Source: Eledone cirrhosa
Lineage: Eukaryota
Direction: 5' to 3'
NCBI GenBank assembly: GCA_964016885.1
Contig: OZ024752.1
Location: 29,574,001 to 29,638,000 of the forward strand
DNA length: 64,000 nucleotides
Below the pieces are notes generated by a model. It was not told the DNA's origin. It was given only the letters and a program-made list of their open reading frames with translations, and did not search any database. This document shows, piece by piece, positions 50,691 to 64,000 of this stretch; positions within the stretch are counted from its first letter, which is position 1; every line of letters starts with the position of its first letter. The translations under genes were made by a program, and so were the position numbers.

Positions 50691-51984
50691 ATACACTCGC
50701 ATTTCAAAACTCGATATTCGAGTTAATTTTGTTTATATAAATTACAGTTACACTAATGAAAGACGAAAATTATAGGTGAATGAATTGGTTGAAAAATAGT
50801 TATAACATCTGTATTTCCATAGATTTTGTATTTTATGTTGTCTCTAATGCAACATTGGTAACAGCTTGTATTTACAGAAGCACAATCAGATTCCTATAAA
50901 AAGGTCAAACAAAACATTATAATGTGTCTGATCTGAACTGTCATCTGAAGAAGAAGATAAAATATAAAAACTGATAGTAGAAAGAAAATAAAAGTAGAAT
51001 GAAAAATCAAATCAAATCAAAAGAAGATAGCAGAAGCAGGGGAGGGACTAAGTTTACAGTTAAGGAAAATGAAGAGGTGTGAAAGTTATGTGAATGGAGA
51101 TGTAAGTAGTTAAGGAGACCAAAGAGGAATAGGGTAGTAGTAGTGAAATGGAAGTAAGTTACTTGTAGCAAAGGGAATGAATACGAGGTATGAAGCAATA
51201 TGCTGATGTAAATAGAAAATCAAAGAAAGGAAGAGAAGGAAGGGGTAGGGGTTGGGGATAATGATGTTGGAGTAACATGAAACACAGAAATGGTAAGGAA
51301 TGAAGTTAGAAGGTGGTAAAAATGAAATAAGAGAAGTATCTGGAATAACAAGCAGGGTTACGAAAATAAATATTAAAAAACAAAAATGACCACATAGCCT
51401 AAAAGCATCAAGAGGTTGGATTTGGTACACTAAAATAAAAAGCAAAATGACACCTTAAAACTTTACTATCAGAGCCTATATTGTTGAATTCACTAATCCC
51501 CCCCCCCCCCCAAGTTGCATTCATACAGAATATTTCATAGCCAGGTATAAAATCTTCAAAGACCATATTTTTTTTATTTTTTTCCCTTTTTTAATTATTT
51601 TTATTTTTATTACTTGTCTCACTAGCTCTTTTTGATTACCAACTGTAAGGAGTACTCAATACTTTCCTTAGTCTGTCATAGCTTACTAGCTCTACACGGA
51701 CGTTTAAATTGATTAAATAAATAAATATTTGATAGAATAGATTTTTTAACAATTTAATAAACAGGTGTTCTTATAGTTTTGTCTTTTGGTTTCAAAATAT
51801 TTATAGAGATCATCTTACTCATTTGACTGCAGTTTCAGTCCTAGTAAGCAATGCTTCACTCTCTCTCTCTCTCTCTCTCTTTACATATATATAAATATAT
51901 ATATATTGCAATATGAATATAATGTAATAAATACAATTCATGCTAACATAACATCTGTCTTAACGTTATTACACCCCCCCCCCC

Positions 51985-52015
<31 letters not shown>

Positions 52016-52167
52016 GAAACTGAAAAGTCTGTTTGTTTGTTTAGAAACCCATGCAATACAAGTGGGTTAGATTGCCAAGGTAATAAGTCAGAAAGGAATT
52101 GAGAGAGGAAGCAAAATGAAAGAAAGGAAGAAAGACTGAAAGTTACCTTAGCAATTTAATATTCCCA

Positions 52168-52198
<31 letters not shown>

Positions 52199-52454
52199 GT
52201 TAAGTGTGTGAGGTCACTCTCAAGTGCTAATGGTAACATTTAGCTTAGTACAACCTGTCACATGGTCGAGCTGTTGGCAACTAAACCAGTAACCCCACCA
52301 AGCTTGTTTGGTGAGGAGGAGGATTTTGGACACCCTGCAGGATAATAAACAAAACCTGTTTAAAGGCAGAGGAACTCAGGGGAGTCAACGGCGATCTAAT
52401 AGTGTGTGCATATCTACATATTGAGTGTAGATGTGAATATGTGTATATATGTGA

Positions 52455-52645
52455 AGAAGTGCCAAGAAAGGCCAGTTGAAGGAAGACATAGTAGAGGAAG
52501 ACCACGAAAAACATGGGCAGAGGTGGTGAGAGCAGATCTCTAATCGGTGCAGCTCATGGTGGAGATGACAAAGGACCGTGACAAATGGAGAGATGCTGTG
52601 CTGAATAGGACCCGTCCTACCCTTGCAAGCAGGAAAAAGTGGACA
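52455..52645 (+). mobile_element. RTE LINE extreme 3' fragment
   Basis: High similarity to 20805-21000. Confidence 0.88.
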
Positions 52646-52681
52646 TGTGTGTATGTGCATGTATGTGTGTTTGTGTGTGTG

Positions 52682-52726
<45 letters not shown>

Positions 52727-52769
52727 AGGAATCTCAATCAATCAAAATTCACTTGCTTTGTTTGCAGTC

Positions 52770-53120
52770 CCCTGAGAAGTGTGTTACTGCAACCAAGGAA
52801 GCTGGGATGAATTAAACATGAGGTCTGTTGTTCACTGTCTTTGTGGTAAACATTTGCACTCATTCTGTGCTATTGGATGAGACTATGTGCCTGCCTGATG
52901 TCCAACTCTCAGGTAGCTTTTGAAGATCCTCTTAATCTGTCTAATTCCTAGCCCCCACAGGTCAACATTACTCGGCTCAGTTAGCTTCGGAAAATCCCTC
53001 TTAAGATCCAAAAATATCTCTACTGATATGGTTTGAATGCAACCAGACTGGATTTCTTCAGAGAACCAAGTAAATTTGGGTAAACTTTTTAAAAGCCTTT
53101 TTTTCTGGTAAAGTAACAAT
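52770..53120 (-). mobile_element. Decayed CR1/L2-like RT fragment
   Basis: Degenerate Q.GFRK / FLDLKRDFPKL..DLWG.GI / DLQKL..W...N..KC motifs across frames. Confidence 0.45.
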
Positions 53121-54069
53121 TGTTTATATATATATATACATACATAATACATACATATATACATACATATATACATACATATAAACATATATATGTGCAT
53201 GTGTTTGTATAGCTGGTAATAGCTCAGTCATAAAATAAAATTGGAATGTGTTGTTTATCAGAATGATTAAGGTAGCAGAGTTAATGTCCTTGGTATAAAT
53301 GCTTGCATTTATGATTGTGTGTCCAGCATTGAGTGACACACCTTAACCTTGCTGTTACTGTCTTCCTCTCGACAATTTAGGTACATTTATTCCAGTTTGA
53401 ACTTTGGGAAATATGAGGAGGAAAATGATGATGACAACAATGATGACAACGATGATGATCATGATGATGATGATGATAAGAAAGGACGATATTTAGGCCA
53501 TTAGTAGGTCAAATAAAGAACCCAGTAAATACCAAAGTCTAAGGTCACACTACAGAGCACAGCTAATCAAATATAAAAAATAATGAACTGTATTGGAAAA
53601 ACAAGTTGAAGGAACTTCATCTTTTAGTTTCCTTCCTCTCTTACCATAACCTCTATGGTGTTAACATGATTGTGTCGAGTGGGTGTGGTCAATAAAGGAG
53701 GGGGCAATAGAATAACAGATAAATTGATTAAGTTATTTCTACACAGAGTTTCTTTCTCTTTTGTTTTGAGAACAAAGAAATTCCAGGTGTGATTTCAATG
53801 TGAGAGGAGGCATTTTTTATTTATTATTATTCATGTTTATAGGTGTAATAACATAATCAATTAATCATGTTAATTTACCATCTTCAAAACAATATCAGGA
53901 GCCAAAAGAAATCTGCAAAAATATTTGCAATAAAAGCTTTGCAACTCCCACCCTTCCTCTCTTCTGCCCCCTCCTCTACTCCGGCTGCTCTTAAAAAGAA
54001 TATTAAATAATAAAAAAATGAAATACAAAGTGTTTACACATGACACCATGGTATGGATTATAGAAAAAT

Positions 54070-54185
54070 AAACACCACCACAGCCACTACTACTACTACT
54101 AATACTACCACCACCACCACTACTACTACCACTAATACTACCACCACCACCACTACCACTAATACTACCACCACCACTGCTGCTG

Positions 54186-54277
<92 letters not shown>

Positions 54278-54346
54278 ACTATTACTACTACCACCACCAC
54301 CACTACTACCACCACCACCACTATTACCACCACTACCACCACCAAT

Positions 54347-54377
<31 letters not shown>
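54070..54377. repeat. (ACT/ACC/GCT)n compound trinucleotide repeat
   Basis: Direct reading. Confidence 0.95.
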
Positions 54378-54746
54378 AAAGTAATATATTTTTTTCCTTT
54401 ATTAGCCGGAGGCACTGAAGACATATATTACAATACAACAGATAAATGTAAATCCTTATCTATTGTACGGAATTTAAAGTAAAAATGCAGGTGTTCTAAT
54501 CTGGTTAGATATTTCTGATTCAGAGCACTGCAACTAGATAGCAATACACCATACTGCAGAAAATGCAGACAGACAGTAGTAGACCACAGAAATGATGTAA
54601 GTATTTACCATTTCTGCTTCCTAACTTCCCCCTTTTTTTTGTCGAGGTAGAATTGTCTACTTTGTCCCATCCAGTTCCTTCCTATTCCCCCTGTCTCTTG
54701 AAACAAATCACAAGTAAGCTTAACTCTGTATATCTTGTTTGTATTT

Positions 54747-54962
54747 TTAACCCTTTAGCATTTAAACCGGCCATATCTGTCCAGAATTCTCTCACCTCTT
54801 TCTGTTCAAACTGGCTGTAACCAGCCACTTATACTGATGTTAAGGTACTGATCTCAACAAAAATAATATCAAAATCTCATATATTCAATATTATGTGAGG
54901 TAAAGCCTTTGCCATGAAAATATGATAGTATATATAAAGTAATGTAAATGCTAAAAGGTTAA
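54747..54962. mobile_element. piggyBac-like MITE
   Basis: ttaaccctttagcatttaaa ... aatgctaaaaggttaa. Confidence 0.85.
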
Positions 54963-57819
54963 GGCAGTATGACCTTGTATTTATTGAACAAAAGTTATAC
55001 AATGATGGAATTATTAAAAAAGGATAAAAACAGAAGTAAGTAATGAAAAAAAAAAGGTGTAAGGAGTAAAGAAGGGCAGATCTGGCTGTATAGGAAAGTA
55101 AAGGAAAATTCTCATTTTCCAGCAACAAATACTCACTGGTTAGTATGTAATTTGTCTTTTAACTGCTGACTTGCTAACCTACTAATTTTTACTGATTAAT
55201 CCTTGCTCTTGTTAAATAATCCTTAAGTTTGGTGGACAATTTCAATAGGAGTGAAGTTAAGGGCAGAAACACTTGCTTGGGGAAGCAAGGGTTCTTCTCA
55301 GAAAACGTTTTGCTGTCCAGCTCTCTTGAGAGTTTCTTACCACTTCGATACCATAATAGTGACACCCATGTAGAGAGATATAATAATTCTGACATCATCA
55401 ATGTAAAAAGACACCACCCAGTTTAAGTAGGATGCCTCTCAGTACATATAACTTATTTAGTGAAGGGTTCTTAATACCAAACTGCCTGAGGCCAACAATA
55501 GTTTGACAATATTTATTTAAAAATTTTTATATTTATCTAAAACCCTTCCATCATAATTTTATGTAAAAACTTTTGTTAATTTTTTAATGTTCAAAACACT
55601 AGATTATTAATGAGAAAGTTAGTTATATAACTAAATCCCAGGTTTGCTGTGTGGTTAATAATAAAATTGTTCAACAACTACATAATTCTAGTTAGATTCC
55701 AATGAGTTGTATCTTGAGCAAGTGTCTTCAATGCCTTGAGATGACCTATATTTCATGAATGGAATTCTGTAGATAGAAACTGTGCGAAAACTTGTATATG
55801 TATATTTTTTTGGCAATGTTTCTTGGCAAAAGATGTAAACATTAGCAAGAAAATTGATAAACAAGTGCATATGAACAAAGCCTCTTGTAATATTTGCTCC
55901 TCCCAAGCTGCTCAGTAATTCCTTGTGATGGTAAATGCAGTGAACCAATGATTGATTGGCCTGTTGGAAACCTGTTACTACCTTACTGTTTATAAAATGC
56001 TATATGAAATAAAATAAATAAGTAATAAACTAATTAAAACTGAGAATATTAAATTAGAATAGGACTACTTATACAGGTACTGATGAGCAGGTGAAGCTGA
56101 TAAGATAGAACATAGAAACCTGAAAAAAATAAAACTTAGAAGAGAGTAACTACAGAAGAATCAGACTGATATGACAAACTGATTTCAATGCCAGAAATAA
56201 CATTATAGATATAAATACACTATCTACCCTGTCATAAACTACTGATTTAATATAATAAACTGGAAGTTAAGTGAACTGAAAGCAAATCTAGATAGAAAAG
56301 CCAGAAGACTTCTCACTGTATTCTAAACCTAAGGCTGATATAAATAGGATATATACCTACCAGATACCCAGGGAATAAACGGTTTGATACAAACAGAGAG
56401 CTATTACAAAGTAACCACAGTGGGTTAGAAAAAAAAACCAGATTTAGAAGCAAGCAAAAGTAGACTGATTTGTATAATAAAGGAACACAATCCCTAAAAA
56501 AACAACAACAAAAAACCCAAAACACATTTCTCTGTACACAAAACACTAATGAAATGCTGAAGAAAAAGGTTTAGATAAAGACAAAAATATCAGAAAAAGT
56601 TTAACAAAATATAAGCAGAACTTCAAAACATACTGTCAAAAGAAGAAAATGTGAAAATAAAAAAAAAAAGAATTAATATGAAGGCAAATGGTGGCTCAAA
56701 AGTTTTGGACTAAAGGTAGCGATGAAAGGTTTAGTTTTAGCTACAAAAAATTACCCAAATAAAATAATAAAACAAATCTGTCAACTACATGGTATCATCA
56801 ACATTATCATCATCATCAAGGGGGGTCTACATAGAGCCAGTCAGAACTGAAGCGGAGCTACTGATCTCCTGGACAGGCTAGGGGTCTGTATCTCTCTTAT
56901 GTACAGTTTAATCAATAAAAGTTACCATTTCATATCTGGTTGTCTAGTTTTAGTAAAGACAGACTTTATGAGCTGCTGTATCAATTTGATACTATGTTGG
57001 TAGTTCAAGATTGAAACTAAATGGTATAAGCATGCACTAAATTCAGTATGTGGAAATGGCATAGCTATAGATATGTATGCCCAGACCTACAGGGAGATCA
57101 AAATGAAGTGATGATGTTGATGATGATGATAATGATGTTAATGACGATGATGATGATATTGATAAAAGCTTTCATATCAAACAAGTGCAGCCCTAAAATA
57201 CTGCAACAAAATGGAACAAAAGAAACCTCACAGCACAACAACAACAAAACTATTTCCATGGTAAGTTTTTACTTCATATAAAAGACAGAAAAGTGAGAAA
57301 AATTGTCTGTACAATAAAACAAACAAAAGAATTTGCTTCATTCACAAATAAGAATAAGAATTTTAGAGCTGCAGTAAAAGTTGTGACAGTTGCAGAAATA
57401 TACTAAAGAAATGGCATTGCAATTAAAAAGATCTTTAGCAACCAAAGAACTCTTGCCTGCAGCATGAATTACTAAAATTCAAGGAGATTAGTAATGGTTT
57501 TTGTGAACAAAAGTCACTGAAATGAGCTAAAAAAAGCGAAAATAATGTTATATTAAGTTGCTGCAAGGAGTGGCAATATTTTCATCAGAGTATGAAAGGA
57601 TCTGTCTGTAATATTTCTATTTTGCTTATAGCAACATAACATATTACATTTTTGCATCATGCATAAAATACTTCTGCTTGTAATGGAGATGTGTGACTTA
57701 CCAGTGATAGCACTTTTACACAAGTTTCACATGTTTCAATTATTTATCCATGAAGTTTTCAAATTAGCAGAAGAAATGACATAATATAGCTAGCTACCTT
57801 GGAATAAACTAAAGATATA

Positions 57820-58117
57820 CCATATGGTCTTGTAACTCCTGATAGAGTCGTAGGGGTGCTGTATTGCTACATGGCATTTCTTAGAATTTTTTTAAGCCTG
57901 GTGGAGCCCATCTCTCTCCAGGCCTGAGTACAGCAGATTTCTTCTAGAGATAGGAAGAATCGACCCCAGTATTTGTCTGGTACATTTTTTATTGACCTTG
58001 AAAGGATGAAAGGCAAAGTTGACCTCGGTGGTATTTGAACTCAGAGAACAGAGAGCCGGAATGAATACCATAAGGCACTCTATCCAACGTTCTAACAACT
58101 CTGCCAATTTGCCACCT
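57820..58117 (-). mobile_element. SINE family B
   Basis: Full-length match to the reverse complement of 39962-40255. Confidence 0.88.
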
Positions 58118-58314
58118 TATATACTATTGGTATATAAGCTGACTCTTCGCTCCTTTATTTTATGCCTGAGAAATTAGCAAAATTCCAAACCGCATGTATA
58201 AGCAAAGGTAGCTAATTAGCATATTATGTTTAGATGGCATGGGTTTGTAAATTCTCATGAGTAGAGAATATATTAAAACTAAAGATACCAAATTCAAAAT
58301 ACTTGTCTTAAAAG

Positions 58315-58607
58315 AAATCTTTGATGTTGTATAAAAATAGTCGTGCCTCAACAGGGGTCGCTGAGTATGATGACTTTGATGTGTAAAAATAGTCAACCAT
58401 GAGCAGGGGGCACTTGTATATAGTGACTTTGATGTTATGTAAAAACAGTCATAATTGAGCAAGGGTCACTTATATATGATGACTTTGATGTGGGGGTAAA
58501 AATAGTTGTAAATGAGCAGGGGTGCCTGAGTATGGTGACTTTGATGTGGGGGTAAAAACAGTCGTAATTGAGCAGGGGTCACTTGTATATGATGAGTTTG
58601 ATGTGAA
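58315..58607. repeat. Degenerate ~53-56-bp minisatellite
   Basis: Recurring gactttgatgt...aaaaa.agtc.taa.tgagcaggggt. Confidence 0.8.
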
Positions 58608-59037
58608 ATACTCATAGATAGTTGCACAATTAACTGAAAACAAAGCCAAGGTTATAATCTAAAGGCAAGCCTAATTGATGAAGAGTTCCTGTCTGAGAAT
58701 AGCTTCCTGTTAGCCTTCTGTTTCCTGTTAGTCTTCTGATTCCTGTTAGTCTTCTGCATGCCAATGAGGGTGATTGGGGTGGGGGACTTGAACTCATCTT
58801 TGCAGACTAAAGATGTACTGGTTAATTATATGTTGCTTCCTCTCTTTATAATAGTGAACTATAAATATGTTTATATGATACCTACTTAAAACAAATGGCG
58901 AGAGAGAGATGGAGAGAGAGAGAGAAAGAGATGAGTTAGCCATAGAGACAGAGCAATGTTGAATACAGGAGCGGAATACTGAATTTTTGGTACCAATAAA
59001 ATGTCCAAATAACTTCTGTGTAAAGTTGAACTGTGAC

Positions 59038-59219
59038 TTAACCCTTTAGCATTTAAACTGGCTGTAGCTGACCAGAATTCCCTCACTTCTTTCTGTTCAA
59101 ACCGACTGTAACTGGTCACTCATACTGATGTTAAAATCTCATAGATTCAATATTATGTGAGATAAAGCCTTTACTGTGAAAATACAATAGTATATATAAT
59201 GTAAATGCTAAAGGGTTAA
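59038..59219. mobile_element. piggyBac-like MITE
   Basis: ttaaccctttagcattta ... taaatgctaaagggttaa, perfect TIR with TTAA. Confidence 0.88.
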
Positions 59220-59492
59220 CACACAAAAGAGGAATTCTACTACAGGGCGAGATTGGTTTTGAAAAATAACCTCTGTTTTTAAAACAAAATTTAATCATGG
59301 CTATAACAGTCTTAATTTATCATTAATTATTCATCATATAATTGAGATGATAACGCTAGACAAAAAAATATTTGTGGACTTTTCAAAATTAGATAGGATA
59401 TTTGATAAATATGAGTCTAATATAATTACAATTTATTTACATTAGTTGGTTTGGAAGATTCTCTCAAAGATAAATAAAGAAACTATATAATG

Positions 59493-60003
59493 AAAATGGT
59501 GTCAGAAAATATACCTTCAATAGAAATAGAGAATCAAATAGACTTCTAATTTCAAATATATTACACTAAAATGGTGTCACAGAAAATATACTCTTAGCTG
59601 AACCCTCAATAGAAATAGAGGATCAAATAGACTTCTAATTTCAAATATATTACACTAAAATGGTGTCACAGAAAATATACTCTTAGCTGAACCCTCAATA
59701 GAAATAGAGGATCAAATAGACTTCTAATTTCAAATATATTACACTAAAATGGTGTCACAGAAAATATACTCTTAGCTGAACCCTCAATAGAAATAGAGGA
59801 TCAAATAGACTTCTAATTTCAAATATATTACACTAAAATGGTGTCACAGAAAATATACTCTTAGCTGAACCCTCAATAGAAATAGAGGATCAAATAGACT
59901 TCTAATTTCAAATATATTACACTAAAATGGTGTCACAGAAAATATACTCTTAGCTGAACCCTCAATAGAGGATCAAATAGATTTCTAATTTCAAATATAT
60001 TAA
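59493..60003. repeat. 89-bp tandem repeat, about 5.7 copies
   Basis: atggtgtcac at 59571, 59660, 59749, 59838 and 59927. Confidence 0.95.
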
Positions 60004-60584
60004 CACCAATGAAACAATGATTGATCAAAAAAATATCATTAGAAATTAAATGAAAGAGAAACTGTTGAAATGCAGGAAACATGACTATTATTTGATCAGT
60101 TATCAAAGAAAATAAACAGAGTTGTGAAAAGATAAAGTCTTATTGATAGCCGTAAAATTTCAGTTTTATAACTTATAGCTCAAAACTGGTGTTGGAAGCT
60201 TATCTCATAGTAAGTAGTAGCTCATGTGATAATCATCAGTTTGATTAGATGACCTCAGTGTTATCAACCCCAGTGGCTTTGCAGATGATTGACTATTAAT
60301 TTGATAATTAGTTGGCACAACCGCTCTAGTTAGCGGAGAAATCTATGAATAGGCAGGTGTGGCAAGCTCATGAATTCTAGCCATTTGAAAAAGCAAAATT
60401 AATGCTTCACCATCAATGGAGAGATGACTGAGGAAGACAAGAAGAAAAAGAAGGTGTTGGAATCTATCAGAAACAACAACAACAAAAACAACTAATACAA
60501 TAAGTTTGATAATATATCTGTATATAAAAACAATGAAAATTAAAATGCAGCCATAGTCATACAAGAAATAGTGAATACATAGTA

Positions 60585-60712
60585 ATGATGATGATACTAC
60601 TACTAACAACAACAACAACAACGACAACGACAACACCACCACCACCACCACCACCACCAACAGCAGCAGCAGCAGCAGCAGCAACTACAACAACAGCGGC
60701 GGCGGCGGCGGC

Positions 60713-60746
<34 letters not shown>

Positions 60747-60825
60747 CGAACAACAAGAACAACAACAACAACAACAGCAGCAGCAGCAGCAGCAACAACA
60801 ACAACAACAACAAACAACAACAACA
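60585..60825. repeat. Compound CAA/CAC/CAG/CGG trinucleotide repeat
   Basis: Direct reading. Confidence 0.93.
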
Positions 60826-61174
60826 TATAACAGGAATTATAATAATGGAAGAATAATTTCAATGCTTACAAGATTGCATTGGCAGAAAGAGCTGAAGATG
60901 CACATATTTAACTCTGTTAATGGTAGAGGAGATTATTCAGTTGTGAGGAATATTTTAAATAACTATAGAACGATCTGGATCTGATATCGAGAATGCCAGA
61001 CTTAGTAATTAGATATCTTGCAGTATCTACCGCAATGTTGGGGGTCAGGATGATCTTATATATTGGTAGAAATTGATGAACATGTAAAAAAAAAAAAAAA
61101 AAAAAAAATGGTTTATTTGTGGTCTTAACATCCATCTTGAGAAAGTACATACAAGGGTTGGATAAATTTCTGTA

Positions 61175-61377
61175 TAAAAGGGTTGGCTGAAAAGTTCATA
61201 AGCTGACCAAGAGACTCTCATGGAATGATCAAATGAGGTTTATTTTTCAACGTAGTCCCTTGAAAGAAACAATGCGGTTAGTAACAAGAAGAGTTGAAAT
61301 TAAAGCATGCAAGATTTCACAGCACTAGCATCAATTCTTCATAGTCAGCCTATAAACTGTTCAGCCTACCCACGTAT
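61175..61377. mobile_element. mariner-like MITE monomer
   Basis: agggttggctgaaaagttcata ... tataaactgttcagcctacccacgta; same family as 32563 and 34232. Confidence 0.88.
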
Positions 61378-61384
61378 ATAGCTA

Positions 61385-64000
61385 GACTTTCTTTGAAGAC
61401 CTTCTTCTGCTGTCCAGCTCTCCTGAGCTGTAATGCTTGCTTGAGGGAGGGGGAGGGGTTCTTTTCTGAAGACCTTCTGCTGTCCAGCTCTCCCAGGCCA
61501 AAACACTTGCTTGGGGAGGGGGAGGGGTTCTTTTCTGAAGACTTTCTGCTGTCCAGCTCTCCCAGTCCAAAACACTTGCTTGGGGAGGGGGAGGGGTTCT
61601 TTTCTGAAGACTTTCTGCTGTCCAGCTCTCCCAGTCCAAAACACTTGCTTGGGGAGGGGGAGGGGTTCTTTTCTGAAGACTTTCTGCTGTCCAGCTCTCC
61701 CAGTCCAAAACACTTGCTTGGGGAGGGGGAGGGGTTCTTTTCTGAAGACTTTCTGCTGTCCAGCTCTCCCAGGCCAAAACACTTGCTTGGGGAGGGGGAG
61801 GGGTTCTTTTCTAAAGACCTTCTGCTGTCCAGCTCTCCCAGGCCAAAACACTTGCTTGGGGAGGGGGAGGGGTTCTTTTCTGAAGACTTTCTGCTGTCCA
61901 GCTCTCCCAGTCCAAAACACTTGCTTGGGGAGGGGGAGGGGTTCTTTTCTGAAGACTTTCTGCTGTCCAGCTCTCCCAGTCCAAAACACTTGCTTGGGGA
62001 GGGGGAGGGGTTCTTTTCTGAAGACTTTCTGCTGTCCAGCTCTCCCAGGCCAAAACACTTGCTTGGGGAGGGGGAGGGGTTCTTTTCTGAAGACTTTCTG
62101 CTGTCCAGCTCTCCCAGTCCAAAACACTTGCTTGGGGAGGGGGAGGGATTCTTTTCTGAAGACTTTCTGCTGTCCAGCTCTCCCAGTCCAAAACACTTGC
62201 TTGGGGAGGGGGAGGGGTTCTTTTCTGAAGACTTTCTGCTGTCCAGCTCTCCCAGGCCAAAACACTTGCTTGGGGAGGGGGAGGGGTTCTTTTCTGAAGA
62301 CCTTCTGCTGTCCAGCTCTCCCAGTCCAAAACACTTGCTTGGGGAGGGGGAGGGGTTCTTTTCTGAAGACTTTGTGCTGTCCAGCTCTGCCAGTCCAAAA
62401 CACTTGCTTGGGGAGGGGGATGGATTCTTTTCTGAAGACTTTCTGCTGTCCAGCCCTCCCAGGCCAAAACACTTGCTTGGGGAGGGGGAGGGGTTCTTTT
62501 CTGAAGACTTTCTGCTGTCCAGCTCTCCCAGTCCAAAACACTTGCTTGGGGAGGGGGAGGGGTTCTTTTCTGAAGACTTTCTGCTGTCCAGCCCTCCCAG
62601 GCCAAAACACTTGCTTGGGGAGGGGGAGGGGTTCTTTTCTGAAGACTTTCTGCTGTCCAGCCCTCCCAGGCCAAAACACTTGCTTGGGGATGGGGAGGGG
62701 TTCTTTTCTGAAGACTTTGTGCTGTCCAGCTCTCCCAGTCCAAAACACTTGCTTGGGGAGGGGGAGGGGTTCTTTTCTGAAGACTTTCTGCTGTCCAGCC
62801 CTCCCAGGCCAAAACACTTGCTTGGGGAGGGGGAGGGGTTCTTTTCTGAAGACTTTCTGCTGTCCAGCCCTCCCAGGCCAAAACACTTGCTTGGGGAGGG
62901 GGATGGATTCTTTTCTGAAGACTTTCTGCTGTCCAGCCCTCCCAGGCCAAAACACTTGCTTGGGGAGGGGGAGGGGTTCTTTTCTGAAGACTTTCTGCTG
63001 TCCAGCTCTCCCAGTCCAAAACACTTGCTTGGGGAGGGGGAGGGGTTCTTTTCTGAATACTATCTGCTGTCCATCTCTCCCAGTCCAAAACACTTGCTTG
63101 GGGAGGGGGAGGGATTCTTTTCTGAAGACCTTCTGCTGTCCAGCTCTCCCAGTCCAAAACACTTGCTTGGGGAGGGGGAGGGATTCTTTTCTGAAGACCT
63201 TCTGCTGTCCAGCTCTCCCAGTCCATAACACTTGCTTGGGGAGGGCGAGGGATTCTTTTCTGAAGACCTTCTGCTGTCCAGCTCTCCCAGTCCAAAACAC
63301 TTGCTTGGGGAGGGGGAGGGATTCTTTTCTGAAGACTTTCTGCTGTCCAGCTCTCCCAGTCCAAAACACTTGCTTGGGGAGGGGGAGGGGTTCTTTTCTG
63401 AAGACCTTCTGCTGTCCAGCTCTCCCAGTCCAAAACACTTGCTTGGGGAGGGGGAGGGATTTTTTTCTGAAGACCTTCTGCAGTCCAGCTCTCCCAGTCC
63501 AAAACACTTGCTTGGGGAGGGGGAGGTGTTCTTTTCTGAAGACTTTCTGCTGTCCAGCTCTCCCAGTCCAAAACACTTGCTTGGGGAGGGGGAGGGGTTC
63601 TTTTCTGAATACTATCTGCTGTCCATCTCTCCCAGTCCAAAACACTTGCTTGGGGAGGGGGATGGATTCTTTTCTGAAGACCTTCTGCTGTCCAGCTCTC
63701 CCAGTCCAAAACACTTGCTTGGGGAGGGGGAGGGATTCGTTTCTGAAGACCTTCTGCTGTCCAGCTCTCCCAGTCCAAAACACTTGCTTGGGGAGGGGGA
63801 GGGATTCTTTTCTGAAGACCTTCTGCTGTCCAGCTCTCCCAGTCCAAAACACTTGCTTGGGGAGGGGGAGGGATTCTTTTCTGAAGACTTTCTGCTGTCC
63901 AGCTCTCCCAGTCCGAAACACTTGCTTGGGGAGGGGGAGGGGTTCTTTTCTGAAGACTTTCTGCTGTCCAGCTCTGCCAGTCCAAAACACTTGCTTGGGG
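61385..64000. repeat. 69-bp G-tract satellite, about 38 units, continuing past the right edge
   Basis: Unit cttttctgaagactttctgctgtccagctctcccagtccaaaacacttgcttggggagggggaggggtt. Confidence 0.98.

Noticed and set aside
53870-54438. Ser/Gly-rich ORF
   Set aside because: Microsatellite translation.
55189-55426. Short ORFs on both strands as host exons
   Set aside because: No convincing acceptor/donor pair. The segment is homologous to the 69-bp satellite and is more likely repeat-derived.
60557-60862. PolyQ/polyA coding exon
   Set aside because: Flanked by stop-containing simple repeats and decayed LINE-like sequence, with no clear splice signals.

Overview
AT-rich, repeat-dominated eukaryotic genomic DNA, most consistent with an octopod cephalopod (inferred from the SINE families, RTE LINEs and microsatellite load). 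There is no prokaryotic gene structure and no CRISPR array. Most of the window is satellites and minisatellites (59, 26, 57/60, 143, 33, 89 and 69 bp units), tRNA-derived SINEs, decayed non-LTR retrotransposons (RTE, R4/Dong, CRE-like, CR1, Penelope), a Helitron derivative and several MITE families (hAT, pogo/Tigger, mariner, piggyBac-like). The only credible host coding sequence is on the minus strand. It consists of a ~982-bp exon (11292-12273) encoding a tyrosine-motif-rich, probably disordered region with five 28-aa repeats that each carry an ITIM-consensus tyrosine, plus a phase-compatible 123-bp candidate upstream exon (41757-41879). Other notable items: a 41-copy amplification of a SINE Pol III A-box in front of one B-box, a minimal hammerhead ribozyme in the Penelope terminus, a 600-bp local segment copied into the middle of a SINE, and a locally homogenised inverted SINE pair. 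The long ORFs in the satellites are most likely repeat artefacts.
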